A stretch of 64,000 bases of DNA. It comes from a phage. A program made the position numbers and the translations under genes. Positions 1 through 10,430 of the stretch are shown piece by piece. Where the stretch lies: the sequence record PZ445428.1; one strand, written 5' to 3'. Under the pieces are notes generated by a model. That model had not been told where the DNA came from. It saw nothing but the letters and a program-made list of their open reading frames with translations, and did no database searches. How positions within the stretch are numbered: the stretch's first letter is position 1; each line of letters begins with the position of its first letter.

Positions 1-394
1 GGATATACTCTTTTCGATCTGGCAATTCCTTAATACGAACTTCTGGTAAATAACCATGAACGTGTAGAACTTCACTTTTTGGCACACCAGCCCTTTCCAG
101 TAGATCATCCACGTTAGTAGTGATGTTCAGTACAGTCTCTGGATATCGTTGGAACCACTCCCCAATGCGGAGATGCGCAATGTTAGGTTCAACAGTCTGC
201 AATTCCTGACGACGCTTGTTGTAGAACTCGTGGGTTTTCCAGTAGAACTGTCCACGGAAAGCATGAATATCACATACTTCTTCCAGATCGTATTCATCCC
301 ACATTGCCTTGCCACTAGCAGTATCTGTACGGAATGCACGGATACCACTATCAACACTTAAACCTGCACCACTAACAATAATTAGTCTACGCAT
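1..394 (-). CDS. Sir2-family NAD-dependent deacetylase-like protein (N-terminal part; gene runs off window start)
   Basis: Hand translation of minus strand from ATG at 394: MRRLIIVSGAGLSVDSGIRAFR...TTNVDDLLERAG, matching Sir2 GAG.S..SGI..FR and QN.D.L motifs; not in ORF track because truncated. Confidence 0.55.
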   Translation of the reverse strand, partial: MRRLIIVSGAGLSVDSGIRAFRTDTASGKAMWDEYDLEEVCDIHAFRGQFYWKTHEFYNKRRQELQTVEPNIAHLRIGEWFQRYPETVLNITTNVDDLLERAGVPKSEVLHVHGYLPEVRIKELPDRKEYI

Positions 395-632
395 TTTTCA
401 CCTGCTCTCGGAAATTTTGACCAATACTATCTAATAGCTCAGCTAATTCTTTATTACCTTTTTCTACTAAGGTATTAGCAATAACTTCCAGCATAGTAGC
501 ACAAGATTCAACACCATCTTTGTAACCAGTTTCCCAGTGTTTCATTAAAACACCCTGAAACTCTTCATTGAGCTTGTTTAGGTCAATGAGGCTAACATTT
601 TCACTTGGTAGCTTCTGACTCGAGAATGCCAT
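387..632 (-). CDS. hypothetical protein (81 aa)
   Basis: ORF track 387..764; start moved to internal ATG (MAFSSQ...) that overlaps stop of upstream ORF. Confidence 0.4.
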   Translation of the reverse strand: MAFSSQKLPSENVSLIDLNKLNEEFQGVLMKHWETGYKDGVESCATMLEVIANTLVEKGNKELAELLDSIGQNFREQVKNA

Positions 633-804
633 ACAGTTTGTCCTCCAGTTCCATAATACGATTTTCATAGGAAGCACGCAGCTTCTCGATGGATAAAGCA
701 CGAACCGTAACCTCATCTGAGTTAATCGCCAGTTGAGCGAGGTCTTCCGTTTCCATGCGGCCATTGTAAATTAAGCGATATTTAAGATGTTTTACGTTTT
801 TCAT
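601..804 (-). CDS. hypothetical protein (67 aa)
   Basis: ORF track; AAGGAAG RBS upstream of ATG. Confidence 0.45.
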   Translation of the reverse strand: MKNVKHLKYRLIYNGRMETEDLAQLAINSDEVTVRALSIEKLRASYENRIMELEDKLYGILESEATK

Positions 805-813
805 TCTTCTTCC

Positions 814-1095
814 TTAGTTCTGTACTGTAAATGCGTTTTTATCGGCATGAGCATTATAAGGATCATTCATGCGATAGATTTTCACAGCTTTAGTAGACCC
901 TTTTGATTCTTCATAATCAATCCAGAGCCACTTGTCTTTGCCTACATAATGTACCCGAAATTTCTTAACTTTCTTATCGTTCCACGTTGCTACAACTCTA
1001 CGATAATCAAAGCCACCTAACCAATCAAGAGCCTTACGTTCTTCACTAGGCTCTCCCAAATGTGAAACGTCCACTTTAGGAAGCAATTCGCTCAT
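814..1095 (-). CDS. hypothetical protein (93 aa)
   Basis: ORF track; GAGAGGAG RBS upstream of ATG. Confidence 0.5.
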   Translation of the reverse strand: MSELLPKVDVSHLGEPSEERKALDWLGGFDYRRVVATWNDKKVKKFRVHYVGKDKWLWIDYEESKGSTKAVKIYRMNDPYNAHADKNAFTVQN

Positions 1096-1149
1096 AGCTT
1101 TCTCCTCTCAAATTTATAAATCTATTATACACAAATTTTTAGCTGAAAG

Positions 1150-1186
1150 CAAATAAAATAAAAGCCAGGTCGACTAGCAACCTGGC
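1150..1186 (-). terminator. rho-independent terminator downstream of nrdD
   Basis: Hairpin GCCAGGT...ACCTGGC preceded on plus strand by A-run (U-run on minus transcript). Confidence 0.6.
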
Positions 1187-1194
1187 TGATTCAC

Positions 1195-3069
1195 TTATTT
1201 AGCGCGAACGTCTCTATGTTTCACTCGACCCATAACCTCATGTTGTTTACCAGGGTTAAAAGGACGTGCTCCTGGGTTCCCAAGATAACCACAAACTCGA
1301 CGAGTTACCTCTAAAGTTTCAGGATCATGGTTTCCACAGATAGGACATTTGAATCCATCCTCAGAAGCGATAGTCTCACCCAAGAATCCACACTCACCAC
1401 AGGAATCTACGGGGGTATTAATACCGAAGTAATGAACCTTACTTGCAGCATAATTAATAACCCATTCCAATGCATCAGGGAATTTCTTCATATCAGGTAA
1501 TTCCACATAGGAAATGCACCCACCAGAAGCAATTGGGGTAAAGTTAGACTCATAATCAAACTTCACGTTTGGAGCAACCTTACGTTCCACATCAAGGTGA
1601 TGTGAGTTAGTATAGTATCCTTTACCAAGAATATCTTCATGCTCTGGGAAATATTCACGGTCTAGACGACAGAAGCGATCACATAGGGATTCAGAAGGCG
1701 TTGCATACAAACTGTACCCTAACTGAGTTTCTTCCTTCTTCTGATCTGCACGATCACGCATATATTGTAAAACACGCTGTACAAACTTAATGCAGGTGTC
1801 AGACATTGTATCTACATCCTTACCAAACATAAACTGTAACATTTCATGGCAGCCAATGTACCCTAGTGATACAGAAGCACGCTTGTAGAAATGATCAAAC
1901 ACATATTCATCGGGCCCCAGACGTAATCCAAAGGCTCCTGACATATAGAGGATGGGCGCAGCTTTAGCTTGAATGTATTTTAAGCGATCAACCCTCCACT
2001 CCAATGCTTTAAGTGCAGTATCAACACGCAGCTCAAGCAGATCGAAAAACAGATCAATATCTCCATCGGCTTCGATAGCGATTCGAGGAAGGTTTACAGA
2101 AACGACACCTAAGTTATTACGACCTGATGTTTCTCCATCTTCCGCAGCAGCTAAGAATGAGCGGCAGCCCATAGAAACTTTGTAGTCTCCAGTAACTTCA
2201 ACTACCTTATCATAGCTGATATAGTCAGGATACATACGTTCGGCAGTACACTTCATAGCTAACTTCTTGATATCGTAGTTTACATCACCAGGTTTCATAT
2301 TAACGCCATCACGAAGTACAAATACCAGTTTAGGGAAGATTGCAGTACGTTTATTGATACCCAGACCATCCATACGTACTTCTAGGATTGCTTTCTGTAC
2401 AAGACGAGCTTCCCAAGAAGTTCCTAAACCAAAGCCAAAGGTGATAAAAGGACTCTGACCATTAGAGTTGAACATCGTATTGATCTCATACTCTAGACCC
2501 TGACAGGCGTCGTAAACTTCTTTCTCAGTCATTTCCGTAGCCATTACAGATGCTTTGGCTTCGTCCTTAGTCCAACGCTTAGCGAACGCATGGTTCTTAT
2601 CATAAGATTTACGAACGTAAGGGGCTAATACTTCATCAAGACGGTCAACAGAAGTACCGCCATATTGATGGGAGCTAACCTGAGTAATAATCTGAGCTGT
2701 AATAGCAGCCGCAGTAGTGATAGAATTTGGCGTACTGATTTCAGCATTACCAACCTTCATACCATTCTTCAACATATCTTCCAAAGCAACGAGGCAACAG
2801 TTAGTCATACCTAAAGCTGCATAGTCAGCATCGTGGAAGTGAATATCACCAATCATATGAGCATTTCGAATCTGAATCGGCATTTCTTCTAGAATCAGAT
2901 ACTTACTCAACTCACCTGCTAGCATATCCCTTTGAGTAGGGAAGCGTTCTGAAGGTTTATTGGCGTTATTAAACAGCAGCTCTTCATCTGCTGAACCTTC
3001 GATAATTTCCTTGCAGTTTGTAATTAAAGACTGCATTCTTTTAATCTTCATCTGATCATTGTGATTCAT
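1195..3069 (-). CDS. nrdD: anaerobic ribonucleoside-triphosphate reductase (class III RNR)
   Basis: 624-aa ORF; C-terminal glycyl-radical motif RVCGYLG and CxxC zinc site (CGECGF...CPICG); AGGAGAAT RBS. Confidence 0.9.
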   Translation of the reverse strand: MNHNDQMKIKRMQSLITNCKEIIEGSADEELLFNNANKPSERFPTQRDMLAGELSKYLILEEMPIQIRNAHMIGDIHFHDADYAALGMTNCCLVALEDMLKNGMKVGNAEISTPNSITTAAAITAQIITQVSSHQYGGTSVDRLDEVLAPYVRKSYDKNHAFAKRWTKDEAKASVMATEMTEKEVYDACQGLEYEINTMFNSNGQSPFITFGFGLGTSWEARLVQKAILEVRMDGLGINKRTAIFPKLVFVLRDGVNMKPGDVNYDIKKLAMKCTAERMYPDYISYDKVVEVTGDYKVSMGCRSFLAAAEDGETSGRNNLGVVSVNLPRIAIEADGDIDLFFDLLELRVDTALKALEWRVDRLKYIQAKAAPILYMSGAFGLRLGPDEYVFDHFYKRASVSLGYIGCHEMLQFMFGKDVDTMSDTCIKFVQRVLQYMRDRADQKKEETQLGYSLYATPSESLCDRFCRLDREYFPEHEDILGKGYYTNSHHLDVERKVAPNVKFDYESNFTPIASGGCISYVELPDMKKFPDALEWVINYAASKVHYFGINTPVDSCGECGFLGETIASEDGFKCPICGNHDPETLEVTRRVCGYLGNPGARPFNPGKQHEVMGRVKHRDVRAK

Positions 3070-3327
3070 TATATTCTCCTTCTCTAACTAAGACTACTAT
3101 TATAGCTCATTTGAAGGCGTATGTCAATATAAATTTTCTAAAGAGCTAAGTAACTTGATCTGGCTCAATTTTTGGAAAATTGTTGTTGACACCTTACCCT
3201 ATTTTATACTATAATCCCGCGCCCATGTACGCGATATAAAATGATTATCTAGTATCATACATCTCCCTCTATAAGCAAGCAAATTTTTTATTTAACTGCA
3301 ATGTCATAGGCTTATTTAAAATTGTAG

Positions 3328-3356
3328 TTGCTTTTTACTGTAGATATTGGTATAAT
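3328..3356 (+). promoter_or_regulatory. sigma70-type promoter (-35 TTGCTT, 17-bp spacer, -10 TATAAT)
   Basis: Hexamers read directly upstream of phoH. Confidence 0.55.
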
Positions 3357-3429
3357 ATATTTGTAAGTTGATAAACAAGATCTTTTTGTTGATCCTCTGT
3401 TAGCGAAGTACACTATAGGAGTGTTATTT

Positions 3430-4179
3430 ATGGGAAAACTGCGTCAGAAAAGAGAAACCCGTAACGGGTCAAGAAAGCGTAACAGCAACTACGAAGATAA
3501 CATTATTCAGGGAAACTTCTCTGATTTTGCTATTCCCGTTGCTAAGTCCCTAGAAGGTAAAAACAAAGAGCAAAAATCATATATCAATATGATCAAGAAC
3601 AACACCATTACCGTTGGTATTGGTGAACCAGGTACGGGTAAGACTTTTATCCCTTCCGTTCTTGCTGCTCAGGAACTTACTAATCCTCGCTCTAATATTG
3701 AGCAAGTGATTTTAGTGCGTCCTAACGAACCTCTAGGCAAATCTCTTGGGATGCTACCGGGTGACCTGGCTGAGAAGCTAGAACCTTGGCTGGAACCGAT
3801 TGCAGATGGCATGAAATGGGCTATAGGTGATCAGGCATATAAAGGGTATGTAGAACGTCAGAAAGTTAAATTCCTGGCTATCGAGCATGCTCGTGGACGA
3901 ACTTTCAACAACTCCTATGTGATTGTCGATGAAGCTCAGAATATCTCAGTCGAAGCAATGATCTGTCTCCTAACTCGTGTAGGACAAGATTGTCGCTTAG
4001 TCATTTGCGGAGATATCGCTCAGAAAGACATTAAGGGTGACTCAGGCTTAGCACTTCTAATGGAAGTGTATAAGAGGTATGATTACTCTCCATTCTCAAT
4101 GATTGAACTTATTGAGAACGTACGTTCCCGAGAATCTAAAGCATTCTATGACATCTTTAAAGAGATGGGGCTGGTGTAA
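3430..4179 (+). CDS. phoH: PhoH-like ATPase
   Basis: ORF track 3421..4179, start moved to ATG 3430 after TAGGAG RBS; Walker A GEPGTGKT and VIVDEAQN motifs. Confidence 0.85.
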   Translation: MGKLRQKRETRNGSRKRNSNYEDNIIQGNFSDFAIPVAKSLEGKNKEQKSYINMIKNNTITVGIGEPGTGKTFIPSVLAAQELTNPRSNIEQVILVRPNEPLGKSLGMLPGDLAEKLEPWLEPIADGMKWAIGDQAYKGYVERQKVKFLAIEHARGRTFNNSYVIVDEAQNISVEAMICLLTRVGQDCRLVICGDIAQKDIKGDSGLALLMEVYKRYDYSPFSMIELIENVRSRESKAFYDIFKEMGLV

Positions 4180-4180
4180 T

Positions 4181-4423
4181 ATGGGAAATGTCGTACATCT
4201 ACATCGCAAAACTAAAATTCACCGCACTTCGCTGAGTGCTGCAAACATGATTACCCGTAAAGAGGGTGAAGAAAGTCCTAAGACTTCTCTAGCATGGAAA
4301 ATTGTAGCCTCTAATCCAAATCGACCGTTCAACTATAATGAATTGAATACTTCCGTAGATATTTTAATGGCTAAGGAAATACGAGAGAAATTAAGAGATA
4401 TGGCCGATAAAATTAAACGGTAA
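4181..4423 (+). CDS. hypothetical protein (80 aa)
   Basis: ORF track 4103..4423; start moved to ATG overlapping phoH stop (TAATATG). Confidence 0.45.
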   Translation: MGNVVHLHRKTKIHRTSLSAANMITRKEGEESPKTSLAWKIVASNPNRPFNYNELNTSVDILMAKEIREKLRDMADKIKR

Positions 4424-4430
4424 GACAGAT

Positions 4431-4465
4431 GAGCCTGGGTATGAAAATATCCGGGCTCTTTTTAT
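4431..4465 (+). terminator. rho-independent terminator
   Basis: Hairpin GAGCCTGG...CCGGGCTC followed by TTTTTAT. Confidence 0.6.
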
Positions 4466-4546
4466 CTGTAAAATTGTACTTGCATAATGACTCAAAACAA
4501 AGTAGAATATTTCCTAAATCCTGAGAACTACAAAAAGGAAACTGCA

Positions 4547-6880
4547 ATGGACTTTCGAATCACAAAAGTAATTAAACGCGACGGTACGATCCAGGACTTT
4601 GCTCCTGAAAAACTCAACGACTGGGCTGCGTGGGCATGTAAGAATGCTAACGTTAGCTGGTCTGCCGTAGTTATGGCTGCACTGAAAAATCTACCTAAAG
4701 GGGTTGTAGATTCCGATACACTTCAAGATGTATTAATCAAAGCAGCAGAAGGTTTGATCAAAGATAACCCTGCGTATGATGAAGTAGCGAAGGAATTACG
4801 TCTTGCACAGATGCGTAAACGCCTGTATGATTCCTATGAACCACCTTCTTTACGTTTCTTCCATGACCACATGGTTAAAGTTGGGGCTTGGGAAGATATG
4901 AGTGCATGGATTTCCGATGAACAGTTTGACGCTTTGAATGGTGTTATTGATCATGAACGTGATCGTCTCTTCACTAGCGGTGGTCTGAAACAGTTCTTCG
5001 ATAAGTATTCCCGTCGTAATATCGCAACTGGCGAAATTTACGAAACCCCGCAATTTGCCTACATGGGTATGGCAATGGCGATGTTATCTCAACCTAACTG
5101 GACAATTCTGGATGCAATCGACCTCTACAATGCAATGTCGCTCCATAAAATCAACGTTCCTACTCCGCCACTGGTTGGTCTGCGCTCTAGTGACCGTGGA
5201 TTTGCTAGTTGCTGCCTCGTGGATTCCACGGACACGCTGGATTCAATCGACACAGCCGAGCACATCGTTTTCAAAATGGTCGCAGCCAGAGCGGGAATCG
5301 GGTATCATCTTGAAAGCCGATCAATTGCTGATCCGGTGCGAAATGGGGCGTTCCCGCATTCCGGAAAACTGCCATATTATAGACACATCGACCGTTCAGT
5401 AAAAGCGAACACTCAGCAAACCCGTGGTGGTTCTGCTACTGTATCTTATCCGTACTTCGATCCTGAAATCATTCAGTTGATGCAGGTTAAACAGCAACGT
5501 GCTACAGACGAGAACAAAATCGATAAGATGGACTACTCTCTGAGCTTTAACAACCTTCTATTGAAACGTTATCTGAAAAACGAAGATATTACGCTCATGT
5601 CTTACTTCTATGCACCAGAAGTCCACGAAGCGTTTTATGGGGAAGATGAGGCTAAGTTTGAAGAAATCTATGTGGCAGCGGAGAAACGTGTGGCATCTCT
5701 TACAAAGATCGACCACGAAGGAAAAACAATTCCAGCAGCTCCTAAAATCCCTGCAAAAGAAATCCTAGATACTTGGTTACGTATCCGTATGGAAACAGGT
5801 CGTATGTACGCTCATCACATTGGGGAATCTAACCGTCATGGTAACTTCCTTGACCCGATTCGTATGACCAACCTTTGTGTAGAGATTACCCAGCCAACTC
5901 GTCCATTCCAGCACATTACGGAACTGTACAAAACTCCAGATCAACTGGATGATATGCGTCCAGAAGATATTGGTGAAGTATCTCTGTGTAACCTGGGTGG
6001 TGTTGTTCTAGGCCGTATGAGTTCTCTGGCAGAATGGGAGAAAACTTGCTACATCCTTCTGAAATTCGTTGATACTATCATTGAAATTCAGGACTATCCG
6101 TTCCCAACTATGGAATACACGGCTAAGAAGCGTCGTAACGTAGGTATTGGTCTGATGAATGCAGCAGGTGCAATGGCAGCAGAAGGTCTGGCTTACGAAG
6201 GTGAAGAAGCTCGTAACTGGATTCACCGTGAAGCTGAGAAGCTCTCTTACTTCCTGCATAAAGCCTCTGTACGTCTGGCAAAAGAACAAGGTGCATGTGA
6301 TTGGTTTAACCGTACCAAACCTTCTCAAGGAACTCTGGTAATCGACACCTATAAGAAAACTGTTGATGAACTGGTATCCGTAGGTCTAGAAATGGATTGG
6401 GAATCTCTGCGTGCAGATATCCTGAAATACGGTATGCGTAACTCTGTTCTGACAGCTCAGATGCCTGGTGAAAGTTCTTCTGTACTGTTAGGTGTTACCA
6501 ACTCAATTGAGCCACCTCGTAAGATTGTATCTATCAAGGGTAGTGCAGTGAACAAAGTAATTGCAATTGCTCCAGGTGCAACTGATTGGGATACTCTCAT
6601 GAGCTATAAACTAGCCTATGATGTAGATCGCATTGAGTGGATCAAGTGGGTAGCAACTATGCAGAAATTCTTCAGCCAGTCTATTAGTACGAACATGTAC
6701 TATGACTACACCAAGTTTGAGAATGAAATCATTCCTGGCCCAGTAGTAGTTCGTGATTTCATGACTGCTGTTAAGTACGGATGGAAGACTTGGTACTACG
6801 CTAACTTCAACACTGAAAACGGTGGTGGAGCAGGTGAAGAAGCCGCAGCTGGTTGTGCATCAGGTGGTTGCCAACTTTAA
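4547..6880 (+). CDS. nrdA: ribonucleoside-diphosphate reductase large subunit (class Ia)
   Basis: ORF track 4487..6880; start moved to ATG 4547 after AAGGAAA RBS (4487 possible); NLCVEI active-site region and C-terminal CASGGC tail. Confidence 0.9.
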   Translation: MDFRITKVIKRDGTIQDFAPEKLNDWAAWACKNANVSWSAVVMAALKNLPKGVVDSDTLQDVLIKAAEGLIKDNPAYDEVAKELRLAQMRKRLYDSYEPPSLRFFHDHMVKVGAWEDMSAWISDEQFDALNGVIDHERDRLFTSGGLKQFFDKYSRRNIATGEIYETPQFAYMGMAMAMLSQPNWTILDAIDLYNAMSLHKINVPTPPLVGLRSSDRGFASCCLVDSTDTLDSIDTAEHIVFKMVAARAGIGYHLESRSIADPVRNGAFPHSGKLPYYRHIDRSVKANTQQTRGGSATVSYPYFDPEIIQLMQVKQQRATDENKIDKMDYSLSFNNLLLKRYLKNEDITLMSYFYAPEVHEAFYGEDEAKFEEIYVAAEKRVASLTKIDHEGKTIPAAPKIPAKEILDTWLRIRMETGRMYAHHIGESNRHGNFLDPIRMTNLCVEITQPTRPFQHITELYKTPDQLDDMRPEDIGEVSLCNLGGVVLGRMSSLAEWEKTCYILLKFVDTIIEIQDYPFPTMEYTAKKRRNVGIGLMNAAGAMAAEGLAYEGEEARNWIHREAEKLSYFLHKASVRLAKEQGACDWFNRTKPSQGTLVIDTYKKTVDELVSVGLEMDWESLRADILKYGMRNSVLTAQMPGESSSVLLGVTNSIEPPRKIVSIKGSAVNKVIAIAPGATDWDTLMSYKLAYDVDRIEWIKWVATMQKFFSQSISTNMYYDYTKFENEIIPGPVVVRDFMTAVKYGWKTWYYANFNTENGGGAGEEAAAGCASGGCQL

Positions 6881-6889
6881 TAAAACTAA

Positions 6890-6916
6890 GGAGATCTTCG
6901 GGTCTCCTTTTTCTTT
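6890..6916 (+). terminator. rho-independent terminator after nrdA
   Basis: Hairpin GGAGATC-ttcg-GGTCTCC followed by TTTTTCTTT. Confidence 0.6.
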
Positions 6917-6926
6917 GAAATTTTAC

Positions 6927-6955
6927 TTGCTAATCGCGACCTGATTTGCTATAAT
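6927..6955 (+). promoter_or_regulatory. early promoter cassette (-35 TTGCTA, -10 TATAAT)
   Basis: Consensus hexamers with 17-bp spacer upstream of HNH/nrdB. Confidence 0.6.
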
Positions 6956-6979
6956 ATCTCTATATTAAGGAGATATACT

Positions 6980-7498
6980 GTGAAACCTCAATTAACAAAA
7001 GAATTTCTAGAGAAATACCTAGAACTCAGAGAAGATACACTCTATTGGAAGCCAAGAGAAACTAACAAGGGTGGATTTAACACTAGATTTGCTGGAAAAC
7101 CTGTAGGAGCCGTCAATGGAAATGGCTACCTATGCTTCCGACTTAATGTGGAAGGTTATAGATGGGAGTTAAGAAATCATGTAGTAATCTTCTGTCTCTA
7201 TTATGGATATTACCCTACTAAGACAGTAGATCATAAAGATACAAATAAACTTAATAACCACCCTTTAAGTCTAAGGGAATCAACCGATGCTGGTAACGCC
7301 CAAAATAGAGGAGCTGGTAAAAACAATACTCATGGGCATAAAAACCTAGAGCCTCTTAGTTCAGGAAACTGGAGGGTTAGGATAACACACAACGGTACTG
7401 TTTATAGATCTTCCGCAATGCCTTTAGAAAAAGCTCTAGAACATAGAGATATTAAACTTAAAGAATTTCATGGTGAATACGCTAATAATGGAGAATAA
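6980..7498 (+). CDS. HNH homing endonuclease (free-standing, between nrdA and nrdB)
   Basis: GTG start after AAGGAG RBS; HNH core VDHKDTNKLNNHPLSLRE; stop 3 nt before nrdB ATG. Confidence 0.7.
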   Translation: MKPQLTKEFLEKYLELREDTLYWKPRETNKGGFNTRFAGKPVGAVNGNGYLCFRLNVEGYRWELRNHVVIFCLYYGYYPTKTVDHKDTNKLNNHPLSLRESTDAGNAQNRGAGKNNTHGHKNLEPLSSGNWRVRITHNGTVYRSSAMPLEKALEHRDIKLKEFHGEYANNGE

Positions 7499-7501
7499 TT
7501 A

Positions 7502-8647
7502 ATGACAACCTTACTAAATCTGAACTGGAATCCTGATTCTGAAGAGCTATTTCTGGGTGATGCTTTGGGAGTAGCAGACTATGTTCGTGTTGCTCATCCA
7601 GAGCTAGAACGACTTGCACTATTGCAGAGGAGCCAGTTTTGGACTGAAACAGAAATCAGTCTAGAAAGTGACAAAAAGCAATGGCCTAATCTCCCAAGAG
7701 AAATACAAGAAATCACTCTGCTGAATTTAGCTTGGCAGGTTCAAACAGATTCATTTATTAGTAGAGCACCAGAAGCCGCAGTACTTCCTTTGGTTAGTCG
7801 CCCTGAGTTAGAGGGAATGCTAAAGCAGTGGAGCTACTTCGAAGATCTGCACAGCCGTGCTTATAGCAACATTATCCGTAACGTTCTGACTGATCCAGCA
7901 GAATTTATCGATTCTGTTACAAAAAACCAAGAAGCATTCGCACGTATCGCTGATTCCGTAGAACTGTTCGATGAACTGTATCAATTAGGTCAGTATTTCA
8001 TCGCAGTACGTGACCATCGTGGTGACAATACTTATCCAGAAACCGAGTTTCCTGAAGTTAAACGTGAAACTCAGGCTAAACTGTTAGATGCCTATTTTGC
8101 AATCTATGGTCTGGAAGCAATGCAGTTCTACGCATCTTTTGCTTGTACCTTTGCTCTAGCAGAAAACGATATTCTGCAAGGTATTGCTAAGAACCTGCAA
8201 TTGATTGCTAAAGATGAAGCTCTGCATACTCAAATGTCCAAAGCAGTTATCCAGATCATGTTCCAGCAGTTCGACCAAGATCTGATTGATGAAGCTCTGG
8301 CTAAAGCACCAGCGCAGCTTTTGAAAACTCTGCAAACTGAAATCAACTGGGGCCACTTTATCTTTAAAGGCCGTAGTCTGATTGGTCTGAACGCAGAACT
8401 TCTGGAAGAATACCTTTACTTTGTAGGACGTAACGCATTTATGCATATTGGCGTAGAATGGCCGAGCAATCTGCCAGTAATTACTAAGAACCCAATTCCG
8501 TGGATCATGAACTGGCTGGATACTACCTCTTTACAACCTGCTCCACAGGAAATCCAGATTGGTGCAGCTTATCGTGTAGGTCAGGTAACTGAGACTTCAA
8601 CTGATACCTTGAAAGACCTGGGTAATGAATTTGAGGGCATGTTCTAA
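7502..8647 (+). CDS. nrdB: ribonucleoside-diphosphate reductase small subunit (class Ia)
   Basis: 381-aa ORF directly after nrdA/HNH; di-iron/tyrosyl-radical subunit-like sequence. Confidence 0.85.
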   Translation: MTTLLNLNWNPDSEELFLGDALGVADYVRVAHPELERLALLQRSQFWTETEISLESDKKQWPNLPREIQEITLLNLAWQVQTDSFISRAPEAAVLPLVSRPELEGMLKQWSYFEDLHSRAYSNIIRNVLTDPAEFIDSVTKNQEAFARIADSVELFDELYQLGQYFIAVRDHRGDNTYPETEFPEVKRETQAKLLDAYFAIYGLEAMQFYASFACTFALAENDILQGIAKNLQLIAKDEALHTQMSKAVIQIMFQQFDQDLIDEALAKAPAQLLKTLQTEINWGHFIFKGRSLIGLNAELLEEYLYFVGRNAFMHIGVEWPSNLPVITKNPIPWIMNWLDTTSLQPAPQEIQIGAAYRVGQVTETSTDTLKDLGNEFEGMF

Positions 8648-9183
8648 TGATAGCAGCAATCTATGCAACTGGGCCGAAAGGGGAGTTCGGCCTCAATGGT
8701 AGACTCCCTTGGGGTTCCTTCAAAGAGGAACTAGATATATTTTATGCCACACTAGATTCTCTAGCACCTGATAACATCATCATTGGTGCAGGTACGTGGT
8801 TGGGCTTTCCTGAAACGCTTCAAAAGCGGATTTTAGGGGATTCTGATCTGTTTATTTATGCCAATGCCCACAAGCCTTTACCAGAAACTATTGGGTGCCC
8901 TACTCGAATTACTAGCATTGGGTATACTTTGCCTGAATTCTTTAAGGAAGAAGTAACAGTAGTATTGGGCGGAGCAGCTTTGCTCCTAGAGATGTATGCT
9001 AAAAATCACTTAGACATGGCATATGTTTCGACAATCGCATCAGCAACACCATTATCAGCTGATGTACACTTGCATCCACATATTACTATGACTAACTCGA
9101 TGGCAACCAGAATGGAGTATGCATCAGGGGAGAATGCGGATAAAACCCTTTCCTTCCTACAGGAGCTGGTAACGTTTAAATGA
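8647..9183 (+). CDS. frd: dihydrofolate reductase
   Basis: 178-aa ORF between nrdB and thyA; N-terminus IAAIYA..G..G.LPW DHFR-like; start overlaps nrdB stop. Confidence 0.65.
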   Translation: MIAAIYATGPKGEFGLNGRLPWGSFKEELDIFYATLDSLAPDNIIIGAGTWLGFPETLQKRILGDSDLFIYANAHKPLPETIGCPTRITSIGYTLPEFFKEEVTVVLGGAALLLEMYAKNHLDMAYVSTIASATPLSADVHLHPHITMTNSMATRMEYASGENADKTLSFLQELVTFK

Positions 9184-10034
9184 AACAATATATTGAAACA
9201 GGAAAACGTATTCTCGAAGAAGGTCAGTGGGTAACTAATCCTAGAACAGGTGTACGTTGCCTCACTATTATTGATGCAGATTTCACTTTTAATGTGGGGG
9301 CTAATGAATTTCCTCTTATTACTACTCGTAAGGCATTTGCAAAACAAGCAATAATGGAAATGATTGGCTATCTACGTGGTTATGACTCCGCAGCACAATT
9401 CCGCGATATCGGGGTTAATACGTGGAACGCTAATGCAAATGAAAACCTTGCATGGTTGGATAATCCATATCGTAAAGGCGAGGATGATATGGGACGGGTC
9501 TATGGTGTTCAAGGACGTCATTGGACAAACTCTGATGGTCTTATGTTTGACCAATTATCCAAGATCTATCGTAACCTGAAAAGAGGGATTGATGATCGTG
9601 GGGAAATTCTAACTTTCTGGAATCCGGGGGAGTTCTCAAAGGGCTGCTTGCGTCCTTGTATGCACACCCATCAGTTCTCTATTCTAGGTGATACCTTATA
9701 TCTGAATTCATTTCAGAGGTCTAATGACTTCCTGCTAGGCCAGGTATTTAACATGGTTCAATGCTACGCTTTGCTTGCAATCATGGCTCAAATCACTGGA
9801 TATAAACCTGGGATCGCTCGCCAAAAGATCGTGAATCTTCACATCTATGAGAATCAGTATGAAGTTCTAATGGAACACAAACAGTTTGATCGTGAACCTT
9901 TTGAGCCGCCTCATCTGATTATTAATCCAGATATTCGAACTTTGGATGATGTATTAACTTGGGTAAGTAAGGATGATTTTACTGTTCGTGGCTATGAACA
10001 TCATCCTGCTATTGCATATCCATTTACGGTGTAA
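9180..10034 (+). CDS. thyA: thymidylate synthase
   Basis: 284-aa ORF; [10 protein letters not shown] catalytic-Cys region and QRSNDFLLG motif typical of ThyA. Confidence 0.85.
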   Translation: MKQYIETGKRILEEGQWVTNPRTGVRCLTIIDADFTFNVGANEFPLITTRKAFAKQAIMEMIGYLRGYDSAAQFRDIGVNTWNANANENLAWLDNPYRKGEDDMGRVYGVQGRHWTNSDGLMFDQLSKIYRNLKRGIDDRGEILTFWNPGEFSKGCLRPCMHTHQFSILGDTLYLNSFQRSNDFLLGQVFNMVQCYALLAIMAQITGYKPGIARQKIVNLHIYENQYEVLMEHKQFDREPFEPPHLIINPDIRTLDDVLTWVSKDDFTVRGYEHHPAIAYPFTV

Positions 10035-10037
10035 CAT

Positions 10038-10391
10038 ATGTTAATTATACTATTATTTGTAATATTCTTTCTAAAACATTTTATGGCCGATTATCCTCTC
10101 CAAACACCATATATGCTAAGAAAGACTCATAAAATAGGGTGGAAACTTCCATTATTAACCCATTCTCTAGTACATGCTGTATTAACATTTGCAATTCTAA
10201 TTCTATTCACATCACTAGGGATGGCTATAGCTTTAGCTATTATGGAATTAATTTTACACTTTATTATAGATTATTGGAAAGCACAACGCTGTAAGTACGC
10301 TATAAGCGATGCTAAGTTTTGGATAGCTTTAGGATTTGATCAGTTACTGCACTATCTGACATACGCCTTAATAATCTTGATTATAATCTAA
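10038..10391 (+). CDS. small hydrophobic membrane protein
   Basis: ORF track; multiple predicted TM stretches. Confidence 0.5.
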   Translation: MLIILLFVIFFLKHFMADYPLQTPYMLRKTHKIGWKLPLLTHSLVHAVLTFAILILFTSLGMAIALAIMELILHFIIDYWKAQRCKYAISDAKFWIALGFDQLLHYLTYALIILIII

Positions 10392-10395
10392 CTCA

Positions 10396-10421
10396 AATAG
10401 CCCTTCGGGGCTATTATATTT
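10396..10421 (+). terminator. hairpin terminator
   Basis: AATAGCCC-ttcg-GGGCTATT hairpin then AT-rich run. Confidence 0.5.
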
Positions 10422-10430
10422 AAATTTCAT

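Noticed and set aside
127-361. ORFs 127..357 (-) and 149..361 (+)
   Set aside because: Both lie inside, and out of frame with, the Sir2-like minus-strand reading frame that starts at 394.
1973-2185. 70-aa plus-strand ORF inside nrdD
   Set aside because: Antisense to a confidently identified gene; Ser/Arg-rich junk translation.
4850-6341. ORFs 4850..5053 (-), 5055..5402 (+), 6008..6328 (-), 6159..6341 (+) inside nrdA
   Set aside because: Alternative-frame or antisense ORFs within nrdA.
4547-9183. Group I introns in nrdA, nrdB, nrdD or thyA (as in T4)
   Set aside because: All four reading frames are continuous with conserved motifs in order; the HNH gene is free-standing and intergenic, not intron-borne.
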